A DNA stretch of 63,607 nucleotides, the filler included, from Octopus bimaculoides (lineage: Eukaryota): assembly GCF_001194135.2 (NCBI RefSeq). It is 5 parts of 5 records of this genome, joined end to end, with 100 filler letters (N's around TTAATTAATTAA, not from the genome) between each part and the next. Parts side by side here need not be neighbours in the genome. Positions count along the whole stretch, not along the records: positions 47,841 to 61,271 come from NC_068985.1; positions 61,372 to 63,607 come from NW_026414354.1; 3 more parts are not named here. The stretch is one strand, 5' to 3'. The stretch's first letter is position 1. Each line of letters begins with the position of its first letter. Shown here one piece after another: positions 51,938 through 63,607 of the stretch. The position numbers were made by a program, and so were the translations under genes. Under the pieces are notes generated by a model. That model had not been told where the DNA came from. It made no database searches and worked only from the letters and a program-made list of their open reading frames with translations.

Positions 51938-52483
51938 NNNNNNNNNNNNNNNNNNNNNNNNNNNNNNNNNNNNNNNNNNNNNNNNNNNNNNNNNNNNNNN
52001 NNNNNNNNNNNNNNNNNNNNNNNNNNNNNNNNNNNNNNNNNNNNNNNNNNNNNNNNNNNNNNNNNNNNNNNNNNNNNNNNNNNNNNNNNNNNNNNNNNNN
52101 NNNNNNNNNNNNNNNNNNNNNNNNNNNNNNNNNNNNNNNNNNNNNNNNNNNNNNNNNNNNNNNNNNNNNNNNNNNNNNNNNNNNNNNNNNNNNNNNNNNN
52201 NNNNNNNNNNNNNNNNNNNNNNNNNNNNNNNNNNNNNNNNNNNNNNNNNNNNNNNNNNNNNNNNNNNNNNNNNNNNNNNNNNNNNNNNNNNNNNNNNNNN
52301 NNNNNNNNNNNNNNNNNNNNNNNNNNNNNNNNNNNNNNNNNNNNNNNNNNNNNNNNNNNNNNNNNNNNNNNNNNNNNNNNNNNNNNNNNNNNNNNNNNNN
52401 NNNNNNNNNNNNNNNNNTATATATATATATATATATATATTCCCGAATTGGTGTAAATGTATAAAAAATAATATATCAGTTGA

Positions 52484-53410
52484 ATAAAGTTACAACATGG
52501 TCTGTTTTCATTTTTTTTCTTTGTGCTTAAAATAAATTTACAATGTTGAAGTGTGTTAAACATTAAAAAAAATATTTTGTAATGTTCATAAAGTTCAATT
52601 AGCGCTTTCATACGTTCGTAGTAATCATCAGATTTCAAAATGTATTGACTGACAGTTGAGTCGAGTGGTTGAGAACTGTAGTAAAATGACTGACTTCTTC
52701 CGTTTTATACCTTTCAAAAGGCTCCGACAAGCTGAAGTTTTCGGATACGGTTTTGATGAATCAGCATGCAGCTTAAACGTCACGGTTTGCTGGACACACC
52801 TATATTACTGGCATAGATCCCGCCTTTATTTTAACCAATTAACTTGTGGTTTACGTGTAATGATTTTATGAGTGAGCAAACTTGGTTGGCCTCGATCGTT
52901 TTTATTTCAATCGTTAAGAGTCTTCTGTAATTTGTTTATATTCATATGTTAAAGATATTTTTTAAAAATCTACATCATTAACTGCTTGTTATATTATTGT
53001 TGTTATTTCCGTTCAGAACAGGTTTGAACATTTTAACGAAGCATTTTTTTTTTATCTTTCTTCCCACCTCACTTGTGTCATGTAGTTTGCGGAAAGGGAA
53101 AAATTAGAAACTTTTTCTGACCACGTGTTTCTATATATTCGCTCAGTGGAATTTGGCGAACTTTAGTGTTCTAAAAGGTATAAAAAGGAAGAAGTCAGTC
53201 ATTTTACTACAATTGTCTAGCACTCGGTTCAACTATCAGTCAATACATTTTGAAATCTCATGATTACTACGAACGTATGAAAGCGCTAAGTGAACTTTAT
53301 GAACATCACAAAATATTCTTTTTAATGTTTAACACACTTCAACATTGTAAAGTTTTTTTAAGTACAAAAATAAAAAAAAACATGATAACCAGACCATGTT
53401 GTAACTTTAT
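52484..53410. mobile_element. Non-autonomous DNA element with about 230-bp terminal inverted repeats
   Basis: 52484-52714 mirrors 53173-53410; ORFs 51877-52638(-) and 53250-53588(+) both read MKS.DYYERMKAL.ELYEH.KIFFLMFNTLQHCK. Confidence 0.8.
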
Positions 53411-53414
53411 GCAA

Positions 53415-53468
<54 letters not shown>

Positions 53469-53723
53469 CACACACACACACATATACACACGCGCGCACA
53501 CACACACATAGACAAAGTTTTGCTCTATGTCAAGTTATATACAAAAGAATTTGATATTAAATTGAAGGAATACACAATAATCTTTTAGTATTATACTTAC
53601 ACACGCACACACTTACACGCATACACACATGCAAACATATACACACAGGCACACGTATACACATATATGCAATGATACGTACACACACACCTATGTATAT
53701 ACATTGGCGTATAAACACAGGCG

Positions 53724-53771
<48 letters not shown>

Positions 53772-53918
53772 CATTCACAGGCAGAAATATGAAACAAAAT
53801 AATTTTCAGCAAAAGACGAATCAATACCAAGTAATGTTCAATAGTTTTCCAAAGTTAAATAAACTTTTGATAATATATGCATGAGAGTGTGAGTGTGTGC
53901 GTGCGTGTGTATGTGAGT

Positions 53919-53967
<49 letters not shown>

Positions 53968-55426
53968 NNNNNNNNNNNNNNNNNNNNNNNNNNNNNNNNN
54001 NNNNNNNNNNNNNNNNNNNNNNNNNNNNNNNNNNNNNNNNNNNNNNNNNNNNNNNNNNNNNNNNNNNNNNNNNNNNNNNNNNNNNNNNNNNNNNNNNNNN
54101 NNNNNNNNNNNNNNNNNNNNNNNNNNNNNNNNNNNNNNNNNNNNNNNNNNNNNNNNNNNNNNNNNNNNNNNNNNNNNNNNNNNNNNNNNNNNNNNNNNNN
54201 NNNNNNNNNNNNNNNNNNNNNNNNNNNNNNNNNNNNNNNNNNNNNNNNNNNNNNNNNNNNNNNNNNNNNNNNNNNNNNNNNNNNNNNNNNNNNNNNNNNN
54301 NNNNNNNNNNNNNNNNNNNNNNNNNNNNNNNNNNNNNNNNNNNNNNNNNNNNNNNNNNNNNNNNNNNNNNNNNNNNNNNNNNNNNNNNNNNNNNNNNNNN
54401 NNNNNNNNNNNNNNNNNNNNNNNNNNNNNNNNNNNNNNNNNNNNNNNNNNNNNNNNNNNNNNNNNNNNNNNNNNNNNNNNNNNNNNNNNNNNNNNNNNNN
54501 NNNNNNNNNNNNNNNNNNNNNNNNNNNNNNNNNNNNNNNNNNNNNNNNNNNNNNNNNNNNNNNNNNNNNNNNNNNNNNNNNNNNNNNNNNNNNNNNNNNN
54601 NNNNNNNNNNNNNNNNNNNNNNNNNNNNNNNNNNNNNNNNNNNNNNNNNNNNNNNNNNNNNNNNNNNNNNNNNNNNNNNNNNNNNNNNNNNNNNNNNNNN
54701 NNNNNNNNNNNNNNNNNNNNNNNNNNNNNNNNNNNNNNNNNNNNNNNNNNNNNNNNNNNNNNNNNNNNNNNNNNNNNNNNNNNNNNNNNNNNNNNNNNNN
54801 NNNNNNNNNNNNNNNNNNNNNNNNNNNNNNNNNNNNNNNNNNNNNNNNNNNNNNNNNNNNNNNNNNNNNNNNNNNNNNNNNNNNNNNNNNNNNNNNNNNN
54901 NNNNNNNNNNNNNNNNNNNNNNNNNNNNNNNNNNNNNNNNNNNATATATATATATATATATACATATACATACATATGATATATGAACGGAGAGAGGTGG
55001 AATAAAAGAGCGATGCTTACACATATATGTATACATGTATATATGTATGTCTATTCATATGTATATAAACACACCAAAAGTTACATGCCCATATTTATAC
55101 ACGCACTCACACATACATACATACATACATACATGGATGTATTTAAATAAAGATGATATATATATGTGTATGCACGAATGCATACATATGAGGCGTGTAT
55201 GTGTGTGTATGTTTGGGTGTATGCATACGTGCATGTATGTACATGTATATACATGTATATGAACGTGTATGTGTGTGCGTGCGTTTGTGTATGTATTCCA
55301 TAAATAGACTGACGTAATCTGTCTGGTGGGACACATTACGTCAGAACACAAAACTAAAATGTGCTCTATCAAAGTCGGAGGGCGAGCAAAGTAGAACAAA
55401 TAAAAAATATTTGATACTTATATATA

Positions 55427-55461
<35 letters not shown>

Positions 55462-55787
55462 NNNNNNNNNNNNNNNNNNNNNNNNNNNNNNNNNNNNNNN
55501 NNNNNNNNNNNNNNNNNNNNNNNNNNNNNNNNNNNNNNNNNNNNNNNNNNNNNNNNNNNNNNNNNNNNNNNNNNNNNNNNNNNNNNNNNNNNNNNNNNNN
55601 NNNNNNNNNNNNNNNNNNNNNNNNNNNNNNNNNNNNNNNNNNNNNNNNNNNNNNNNNNNNNNNNNNNNNNNNNNNNNNNNNNNNNNNNNNNNNNNNNNNN
55701 NNNNNNNNNNNNNNNNNNNNNNNNNNNNNNNNNNNNNNNNNNNNNNNNNNNNNNNNNNNNNNNNNNNNNNNNNNNNNNNNNNNNNNN

Positions 55788-56168
55788 GCCATGCTGGAGC
55801 ACCGCCTTCAGTCGAGTAAATCGACCCCAGGACTTATACTTTGTAAGCCTAGTACTTAGTCTATCGGTCTCTTTTGCCAAAACCGCTAAGTTACGGGGAC
55901 GTAAACACATTAGCATCGGTTGTCAAGCGATGTCGGTGGGGTGGGGGCACAAACACAGACACACAAACACACACGCATATATATATATATACATATACAT
56001 ATATAGGACGGGCTTCCTTCAGTTTCCGTCTACCAAATCCACTCACAAGGTTTTGGTCGGCCCGAGGCTATAGTAGAAGACACTTGCCCAAGGTGCCACG
56101 CAGTGCAACTGAACCCAGAACCATGTGGTTGGTAAGCAAGTTACTCACCACACAGCCACTCCTGCGCC
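55788..56168 (-). mobile_element. SINE family C with tRNA-like head
   Basis: Minus strand begins gcaggagtggctgtgtggtgag..ttaccaaccacatggttctgggttcagttgcactgcgtggcaccttgggcaagtg. Confidence 0.88.
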
Positions 56169-56299
56169 TATATATGTATATAAAAAAAATGCATATACAC
56201 GATGTTACTGTTTATATATTACATTTTCAAAATTTAATTGACCCTGCAAAAAGAATTCTTTTATTTTTTTTCATGAAACATGAAACTACTGATAAGGTG

Positions 56300-56770
56300 A
56301 AGCAAGGGAACGACAAACATTACGAAATATTTGATTTGGCAATTGTGTACATTCTCGCCTTCAGTTCATTGACTGTTACCCCCACAAAAAGTATAGTGAT
56401 GTTAAGTTCGGTGAAAGCGAAGGGTAATCAACTAAAACTTTTCGTCCAATTCACCTGTTCGGTAAAATCTCATCAAGATAAGCCCTTACATTACTCAGGT
56501 AGTGTGAGGGTACTCCATCACACTGGAGATAAAACTCCATAAATTCGAAGTCCTCTCGACTGCTTGGTATGACCGTTTTTAGCAGCAAGTTCAAGTAAAT
56601 ATAACTTGCTGCAGTACCGTCAAAAAAAGAATGGTTCACTTAATTATTTTGGTGATAAGCCGCACCATAATGTAACTCTTGGTAAATTAACATGATGTTA
56701 GGCCATAATATGTGGATTCTCAAGTCCCCGATTGATGCAGCTGTGACAGTTAAATGTATCCTCATTACTC
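56300..56770 (-). mobile_element. Mariner-like DD41D (rosa-type) transposase fragment
   Basis: [60 protein letters not shown]; 41 residues between D and the third-D position (TAC for GAC). Confidence 0.72.
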
Positions 56771-57039
56771 CAAACAATCTTTGTTGGAAAGTGTACACCT
56801 TCACGGCTGAATGGACGTCAGTAATTGGTTGAAATTACAGAAATACGACAACTTTAACATGGAATAAGTTAGGGATTTCTCTTTTTTTTAAAGAAGACTA
56901 AGAGAAAAAGATGTTTTATATGACACATTCTACCAGTGTTCCAAGTTTCAAAGTGTTTCGTTAATGAAAAATGTGGCCCCCGTTTTAAAAAAGATCCAAC
57001 ACATCTTGCCCATAACCACTTGCAAAGCTCAAGCTTTCA

Positions 57040-57141
57040 AGTCTGGATCATCTTCTTCGAGAACATGAGAAGGAGCTTTGACGCGGCTGGCTTCCCGTCT
57101 CAACTTGAGCCAGCATGTATCGACCGCGGGGACAGTAAGCG
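57040..57141 (+). mobile_element. Possible CRE-like RLE fragment, cut by gap
   Basis: RRSFDAAGFPSQLEPACIDRGDSKR resembles RAL..AG.PS.LEP.GL.R.DGKRPDG. Confidence 0.5.
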
Positions 57142-57798
57142 NNNNNNNNNNNNNNNNNNNNNNNNNNNNNNNNNNNNNNNNNNNNNNNNNNNNNNNNNNN
57201 NNNNNNNNNNNNNNNNNNNNNNNNNNNNNNNNNNNNNNNNNNNNNNNNNNNNNNNNNNNNNNNNNNNNNNNNNNNNNNNNNNNNNNNNNNNNNNNNNNNN
57301 NNNNNNNNNNNNNNNNNNNNNNNNNNNNNNNNNNNNNNNNNNNNNNNNNNNNNNNNNNNNNNNNNNNNNNNNNNNNNNNNNNNNNNNNNNNNNNNNNNNN
57401 NNNNNNNNNNNNNNNNNNNNNNNNNNNNNNNNNNNNNNNNNNNNNNNNNNNNNNNNNNNNNNNNNNNNNNNNNNNNNNNNNNNNNNNNNNNNNNNNNNNN
57501 NNNNNNNNNNNNNNNNNNNNNNNNNNNNNNNNNNNNNNNNNNNNNNNNNNNNNNNNNNNNNNNNNNNNNNNNNNNNNNNNNNNNNNNNNNNNNNNNNNNN
57601 NNNNNNNNNATATATATATATATATATATATACACTGATAGATATAAACATAATTTAGGGATCAGCAAATATTTGCGTCACCACATACCGAAGTTCAGAA
57701 ATAGCAGCTAAAAAAGCTGAGACTCCAACAGATAGCATTACCTGTAACTCACAAAGGCAAAAACAAGAAGAAAAAAACAATGAGAACTAACCATTCCG

Positions 57799-57800
<2 letters not shown>

Positions 57801-57872
<72 letters not shown>
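57801..57872. repeat. (GATA)n microsatellite
   Basis: Direct reading. Confidence 0.95.
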
Positions 57873-57873
<1 letters not shown>

Positions 57874-58239
57874 TGTTACAGCAGAGACTATTACATAACT
57901 GATCAATGAACAATATATCATAATGAAAGTTGGAGAGGAGGAAAATTGAAGATGGAGAGAGAGGGAGGGTGGGAGACAAGACAGACTGACAAACAGATAG
58001 ATAGACATGACAGACTAACAGAGATACAACAGTTGCCGACTGACTAACGTAGTAGGTAACAAAGGTAGCAAAGTCTCTATTGAAACTACGTCCATGTTGC
58101 TGTTATAGTTTAGCCTAAGTTCAAAATATCTAACCAGCAATCCTACGATCAAAAGCAATCCTACCATCACTATAAATTTTTTAGGTGTATGTAAGTCTAC
58201 ATTATTTAATTTAGCCGTTCTTTAAGATAACCGGATGTC

Positions 58240-58617
58240 AAAGCGGCGAGTTGACAGAAATGCTTAGCGGTATGTCGTCTGCCGTTACGTTCGGAGTTCA
58301 AATTCCGCCGAGGTCGACTTTGCCTTTCATCCTTTCGGGGTCGATTAAATAAGTACTAGTTACGCACTGGGGTCGATATAATCGACTTAATCTGTTTGTC
58401 TGTCCTTGTTTGTCCCCTCTGTGTATAACCCCTTGTGGGCAGTAAAGAAATAGGTATTTCGTCTGCCGCTACGTTCTGAGTTCAAATTCCGCCGAGGTCG
58501 ACTTTGCCATTCATCCTTTCGGGGTCGATTAAATAAGTACCAGTTACGCACTGTGCTCGATATAATCGACTTAATCTGTTTGTCTGTCCTTGTTTGTCCC
58601 CTCTGTGTATAACCCCT
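58240..58617 (+). mobile_element. Tandem/nested family A SINEs (tail type 1)
   Basis: First copy ends ..gggcagtaaagaaata at 58452; the second starts ggtatttcgtctgccg at 58453. Confidence 0.88.
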
Positions 58618-59471
58618 NNNNNNNNNNNNNNNNNNNNNNNNNNNNNNNNNNNNNNNNNNNNNNNNNNNNNNNNNNNNNNNNNNNNNNNNNNNNNNNNNNN
58701 NNNNNNNNNNNNNNNNNNNNNNNNNNNNNNNNNNNNNNNNNNNNNNNNNNNNNNNNNNNNNNNNNNNNNNNNNNNNNNNNNNNNNNNNNNNNNNNNNNNN
58801 NNNNNNNNNNNNNNNNNNNNNNNNNNNNNNNNNNNNNNNNNNNNNNNNNNNNNNNNNNNNNNNNNNNNNNNNNNNNNNNNNNNNNNNNNNNNNNNNNNNN
58901 NNNNNNNNNNNNNNNNNNNNNNNNNNNNNNNNNNNNNNNNNNNNNNNNNNNNNNNNNNNNNNNNNNNNNNNNNNNNNNNNNNNNNNNNNNNNNNNNNNNN
59001 NNNNNNNNNNNNNNNNNNNNNNNNNNNNNNNNNNNNNNNNNNNNNNNNNNNNNNNNNNNNNNNNNNNNNNNNNNNNNNNNNNNNNNNNNNNNNNNNNNNN
59101 NNNNNNNNNNNNNNNNNNNNNNNNNNNNNNNNNNNNNNNNNNNNNNNNNNNNNNNNNNNNNNNNNNNNNNNNNNNNNNNNNNNNNNNNNNNNNNNNNNNN
59201 NNNNNNNNNNNNNNNNNNNNNNNNNNNNNNNNNNNNNNNNNNNNNNNNNNNNNNNNNNNNNNNNNNNNNNNNNNNNNNNNNNNNNNNNNNNNNNNNNNNN
59301 NNNNNNNNNNNNNNNNNNNNNNNNNNNNNNNNNNNNNNNNNNNNNNNNNNNNNNNNNNNNNNNNNNNNNNNNNNNNNNNNNNNNNNNNNNNNNNNNNNNN
59401 NNNNNNNNNNNNNNNNNNNNNNNNNNNNNNNNNNNNNNNNNNNNNNNNNNNNNNNNNNNNNNNNNNNNNNN

Positions 59472-59703
59472 GTTATTCCATGTTAAAGTTGTCGTATTTC
59501 TGTAATTTCAACCAATCACTGACGTCTATTCAGCTCAAGGGTTAGGGTTACGGTTACGGTTACGGTTAACAGTCTAGTTAGGGTTAGTGTTAGGGTTAGG
59601 GGATTAATACGATATACACCGTTACAGCGCTAACTGTTTTCAACTGAATAGACGTCAGTGATTAGTAGAAATTATCGAAATAAGACAATTTTTTACATGA
59701 AAT
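59472..59703. mobile_element. Inverted-repeat element enclosing telomere-like (TTAGGG/TTACGG) repeats
   Basis: About 60-bp arms at 59475-59535 and 59642-59703; gggttagggttacggttacgg..ttagggttagtgttagggttaggg at 59539-59601. Confidence 0.7.
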
Positions 59704-60214
59704 AAATTCGAACCCAAAATATTTTTCTGTTCTATAACACAAAATAGATAAGTATACGAAGTTTGAAAGTCTTTCCGTACCAAAAACACTACATAAAACA
59801 TAAATGAAAACTGGCGCCCCCGTTTTAAAATAGATCCTAGAAAACATATCCGGATATGATTTGAGGGAGAATTGGCTACTGTTAGAGACTTCTGAAAAGA
59901 AGACATATTCCAACAATAACGGGGAAACCTAGACGTGGTCACTCGATCTGCTAGAAACAGTAGGAAAATTAATTCAGTAATCATATTGTCTGGATGAAGG
60001 AAGGACATTTTGGACACTGTAATCTCGAATTACAATGGATAATGTGATCTGAGATTGACTAAATAGACCTGAGAAAAACATGGTTGGAATGCTTTTACCA
60101 TTAATGGCTAACCTGAGACTGAACAATAACGACGGAAGAGACATTACTGTTTCATAATAGTACAGCTGTTCTGAGGATCAAAGGCTACGGAGAACAACAA
60201 ACACCACTGTTGCT

Positions 60215-60230
60215 ACTGCTACTACTATTG

Positions 60231-60285
<55 letters not shown>

Positions 60286-60354
60286 CACCACCACCAATAC
60301 TACTACTGCTACTACTACTACTACCACCACCACCACCACCACCACTACCACCAA

Positions 60355-60407
<53 letters not shown>

Positions 60408-60408
60408 T
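60215..60408. repeat. Interspersed (CTA)n/(CCA)n trinucleotide repeat
   Basis: Direct reading. Confidence 0.95.
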
Positions 60409-60993
60409 TCGATTGGTGGTCATCGAATATTCTTTCGAGGATGAAGACTCCTACTTTCTACCGTTTGCAACACTTCAACGCATGCATATTCACCGTTTTC
60501 TGCGTTTTAGCTTGTCTTACAAAGTCCCTTGGAAAAATTCAAATTTGATTGCAAAGAATCCAAACTAGATCGAAAGCATCTATCTATCTATATATATATA
60601 TATTCTCTTTTACTCTTTTACTTGTTTCAGTCATTTNNNNNNNNNNNNNNNNNNNNNNNNNNNNNNNNNNNNNNNNNNNNNNNNNNNNNNNNNNNNNNNN
60701 NNNNNNNNNNNNNNNNNNNNNNNNNNNNNNNNNNNNCGAACAAACGTATAGATACACACACACACGGATACATACATAAATACATATATACATACATCCA
60801 CACACACACACATTTATACTTATAGGCAGACAGACAGACAGACATACAGATATACGTACAAGATTGTTTATTGCTGTAGATATGGACACACACACACACA
60901 AACTCATGCATTTACCATATTCATTCATGTAGAAGTCGTACCTCTACTTCGTGTGTGTACGTATATCCAGCTATCTGTGTAGCTATCTGTCTA

Positions 60994-61040
<47 letters not shown>

Positions 61041-61271
61041 AGATAGATAGATAGATAGATAGATGGATTCAAAAATTGCCTCAGAGGAACGACAAAGGAA
61101 AACACGATATATTCACACACAAGCCGTGGACACGCTCCTTCGTCGGTTATCGTCCAAAAGTCACAACAATTTCACGCCTATCCATACGTATACGCAGATA
61201 TGTTTTACTGATTGGTGGTTGTGGTGGTGGTGGTGGTGGTGGTGGTTGTGGTGGTGGTGGTGGTGGTGGTG

Positions 61272-61371
61272 NNNNNNNNNNNNNNNNNNNNNNNNNNNNN
61301 NNNNNNNNNNNNNNNTTAATTAATTAANNNNNNNNNNNNNNNNNNNNNNNNNNNNNNNNNNNNNNNNNNNN
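61272..61371. other. Artificial scaffold spacer 44N-TTAATTAATTAA-44N
   Basis: Direct reading. Confidence 0.9.
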
Positions 61372-61399
61372 TAGTAAGGAGAGTGCTAGGTGTTTGTAA

Positions 61400-61994
61400 A
61401 AATCTGTGTTCATTAGGACTAAAAACCAACACTAAAAACCAACCAACATAATAACACACCCAACCCCAAAATACTTCCATACATCTCCACCCATAACCCC
61501 AATAACATCGAAGCATTCACCACAATTAAACAAAACCTCCCCTTACTCACCACAGACCCGAAAATAAACAATATCATTAATACACACAAAGTCCTTAAAT
61601 GCAAAAGGCAACACGAATCTTTGAAAACATTATTAATCAATTCCAAACTACATACACCACTTTCACCCCCATCAGTTAAAAAATGTGCACGCCCTAATTG
61701 TGGCACCTGCCCCTACCTACTTGAAGGCTCTGAATTTACCTTCAAACGAGGAACAAAGTTTAAAATTAAAACCAATTTCTCTTGTTCCTCGAGTAACCTC
61801 ATTTATGTCCTTACTTGCGCAGGTTGCCAAAACTTCTATGTCGGACAGACGAGCCTCCCATTACGTAGAAGAGTAGCTGTCCATAAGGAACAAATAAACC
61901 TCCCTCAATACCGCCAAATTCCACTCAGTGGCCACATAGACTCTTGCGCCAGAAACAAAAACCCTAAATTCATTATATTCCCTTTCTATCAATG
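61400..61994 (+). mobile_element. Penelope-like linker + GIY-YIG fragment (cut by gap)
   Basis: KCARPNCGTCPYL..FSCSSSNLIYVLTCAGCQNFYVGQT..IPLSGHIDSC..FIIFPFYQ. Confidence 0.9.
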
Positions 61995-62837
61995 NNNNNN
62001 NNNNNNNNNNNNNNNNNNNNNNNNNNNNNNNNNNNNNNNNNNNNNNNNNNNNNNNNNNNNNNNNNNNNNNNNNNNNNNNNNNNNNNNNNNNNNNNNNNNN
62101 NNNNNNNNNNNNNNNNNNNNNNNNNNNNNNNNNNNNNNNNNNNNNNNNNNNNNNNNNNNNNNNNNNNNNNNNNNNNNNNNNNNNNNNNNNNNNNNNNNNN
62201 NNNNNNNNNNNNNNNNNNNNNNNNNNNNNNNNNNNNNNNNNNNNNNNNNNNNNNNNNNNNNNNNNNNNNNNNNNNNNNNNNNNNNNNNNNNNNNNNNNNN
62301 NNNNNNNNNNNNNNNNNNNNNNNNNNNNNNNNNNNNNNNNNNNNNNNNNNNNNNNNNNNNNNNNNNNNNNNNNNNNNNNNNNNNNNNNNNNNNNNNNNNN
62401 NNNNNNNNNNNNNNNNNNNNNNNNNNNNNNNNNNNNNNNNNNNNNNNNNNNNNNNNNNNNNNNNNNNNNNNNNNNNNNNNNNNNNNNNNNNNNNNNNNNN
62501 NNNNNNNNNNNNNNNNNNNNNNNNNNNNNNNNNNNNNNNNNNNNNNNNNNNNNNNNNNNNNNNNNNNNNNNNNNNNNNNNNNNNNNNNNNNNNNNNNNNN
62601 NNNNNNNNNNNNNNNNNNNNNNNNNNNNNNNNNNNNNNNNNNNNNNNNNNNNNNNNNNNNNNNNNNNNNNNNNNNNNNNNNNNNNNNNNNNNNNNNNNNN
62701 NNNNNNNNNNNNNNNNNNNNNNNNNNNCGGTTAGAAAAAATCTTTATTAAATTATGCTCCCAGTTCAGCATTCTGGCTTTTTTTCATTTTCCTATTATTT
62801 CTCCACGTGCGGTTAACACAACCCCACTATTTACTGA

Positions 62838-62888
<51 letters not shown>

Positions 62889-62894
62889 TTGTGT

Positions 62895-63117
62895 GTGTGT
62901 GTGTTTGTCCCCCAACCCGCCATCGCTTGACAACTGATGCTGGTGTTTTTATGTACCTGTAACTTAGTGGTTCAGCAAACGAGACTGAGAATAAGTACCA
63001 GGCTTACAAAGAATAAGTCCTGGTGTCGAATTCTTCATCTAAAGCCATTTAAGGAGGTGCTCCAGCATGGCCACAGTCAAATGACTGAAACAAGTAAAAG
63101 AATAAAAGAATAAATAA
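62895..63117 (+). mobile_element. SINE family C 3' part
   Basis: catcgcttgacaac.gatgctggtg..ccagcatggccacagtcaaatgactgaaacaagtaaaaga. Confidence 0.85.
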
Positions 63118-63559
63118 CAGTCCACACACTTAAATACATCATTTTATAACAAGACGGATGTACACAACTGAAAGAACTAATAATTGTAATTAATTTGTTT
63201 TATTAGAGAAAAAAACATTGAGATGATGCAGGTGCATTAGAAAATACGCTAAAAAATTTGTAATCATAGTTAGGTGAGCTGCAGGTGTATGTGACATTTC
63301 AAAAGTTCTTATACAGAGGAATATGGTAGTATACAGGTTTGTTTTTGCATTCTTTTACTATAAAAATGGTAGAAGTTTGTACAGCGCCTGTCAGCAGCTC
63401 ACAGCACTTGCTTAAGCTGGTATGAACATTTGAATATATAAAAACGTAGGTGGCTTGTAAGAAAATGCAGTTAAATTCGGTGGGAAAACAGTTTGGTTAT
63501 CTGTGATAATCTTCCTAAATGATGTCACGTGTAGAAAAGCTCTTTTCTAATTTCAAACA

Positions 63560-63607
63560 GTGGAGGCGCAATGGCCCAGTGGTTAGGGCAGCGGACCCGC
63601 GGTCATA
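63560..63607 (+). mobile_element. SINE family B head (runs off the window)
   Basis: gtggaggcgcaatggcccagtggttagggcagcggac. Confidence 0.85.

Noticed and set aside
60178-60548. Poly-Leu/Pro and poly-Val ORFs
   Set aside because: CTA/CCA trinucleotide repeats.
1-63607. CRISPR arrays, rRNA genes, prokaryotic operons
   Set aside because: No regularly spaced repeat-spacer arrays or rRNA-like sequence seen; content is eukaryotic repeat DNA.

Overview
AT-rich, gap-riddled eukaryotic scaffold dominated by repeats. The SINE families and dense TA/CA/GA/TATG microsatellites suggest an octopus-like cephalopod genome (inference from recalled repeat families, not a database match). No complete host gene is visible, only a candidate signal-peptide exon (22588-22681, +) and a few weak exon candidates. 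Most identifiable content is mobile DNA: four Penelope-like (GIY-YIG) pieces, a near-full-length Tx1/L1-clade LINE (5545-10898), R4/Dong-, RTE- and CRE-like LINE fragments, Tc1/mariner elements (DD37D, DD34E, DD36E-like, DD41D-like), a solo LTR, MITEs and many tRNA-derived SINE copies. Highlights: (1) a tRNA-headed element carrying a minimal hammerhead ribozyme, head-to-head with a deleted copy (13843-14224); (2) a Penelope 3' hammerhead with a U3:A8 core covariation (931-973); (3) the Tx1 LINE is inserted in the head of a SINE that shares its 3' tail, and a SINE-in-SINE junction occurs at the same site (58452/58453); (4) a second tRNA-like head enclosed by long inverted repeats (12485-12751). 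Four identical 100-bp spacers (44N-TTAATTAATTAA-44N) are assembly joins, so adjacency across them is not sequence-supported.
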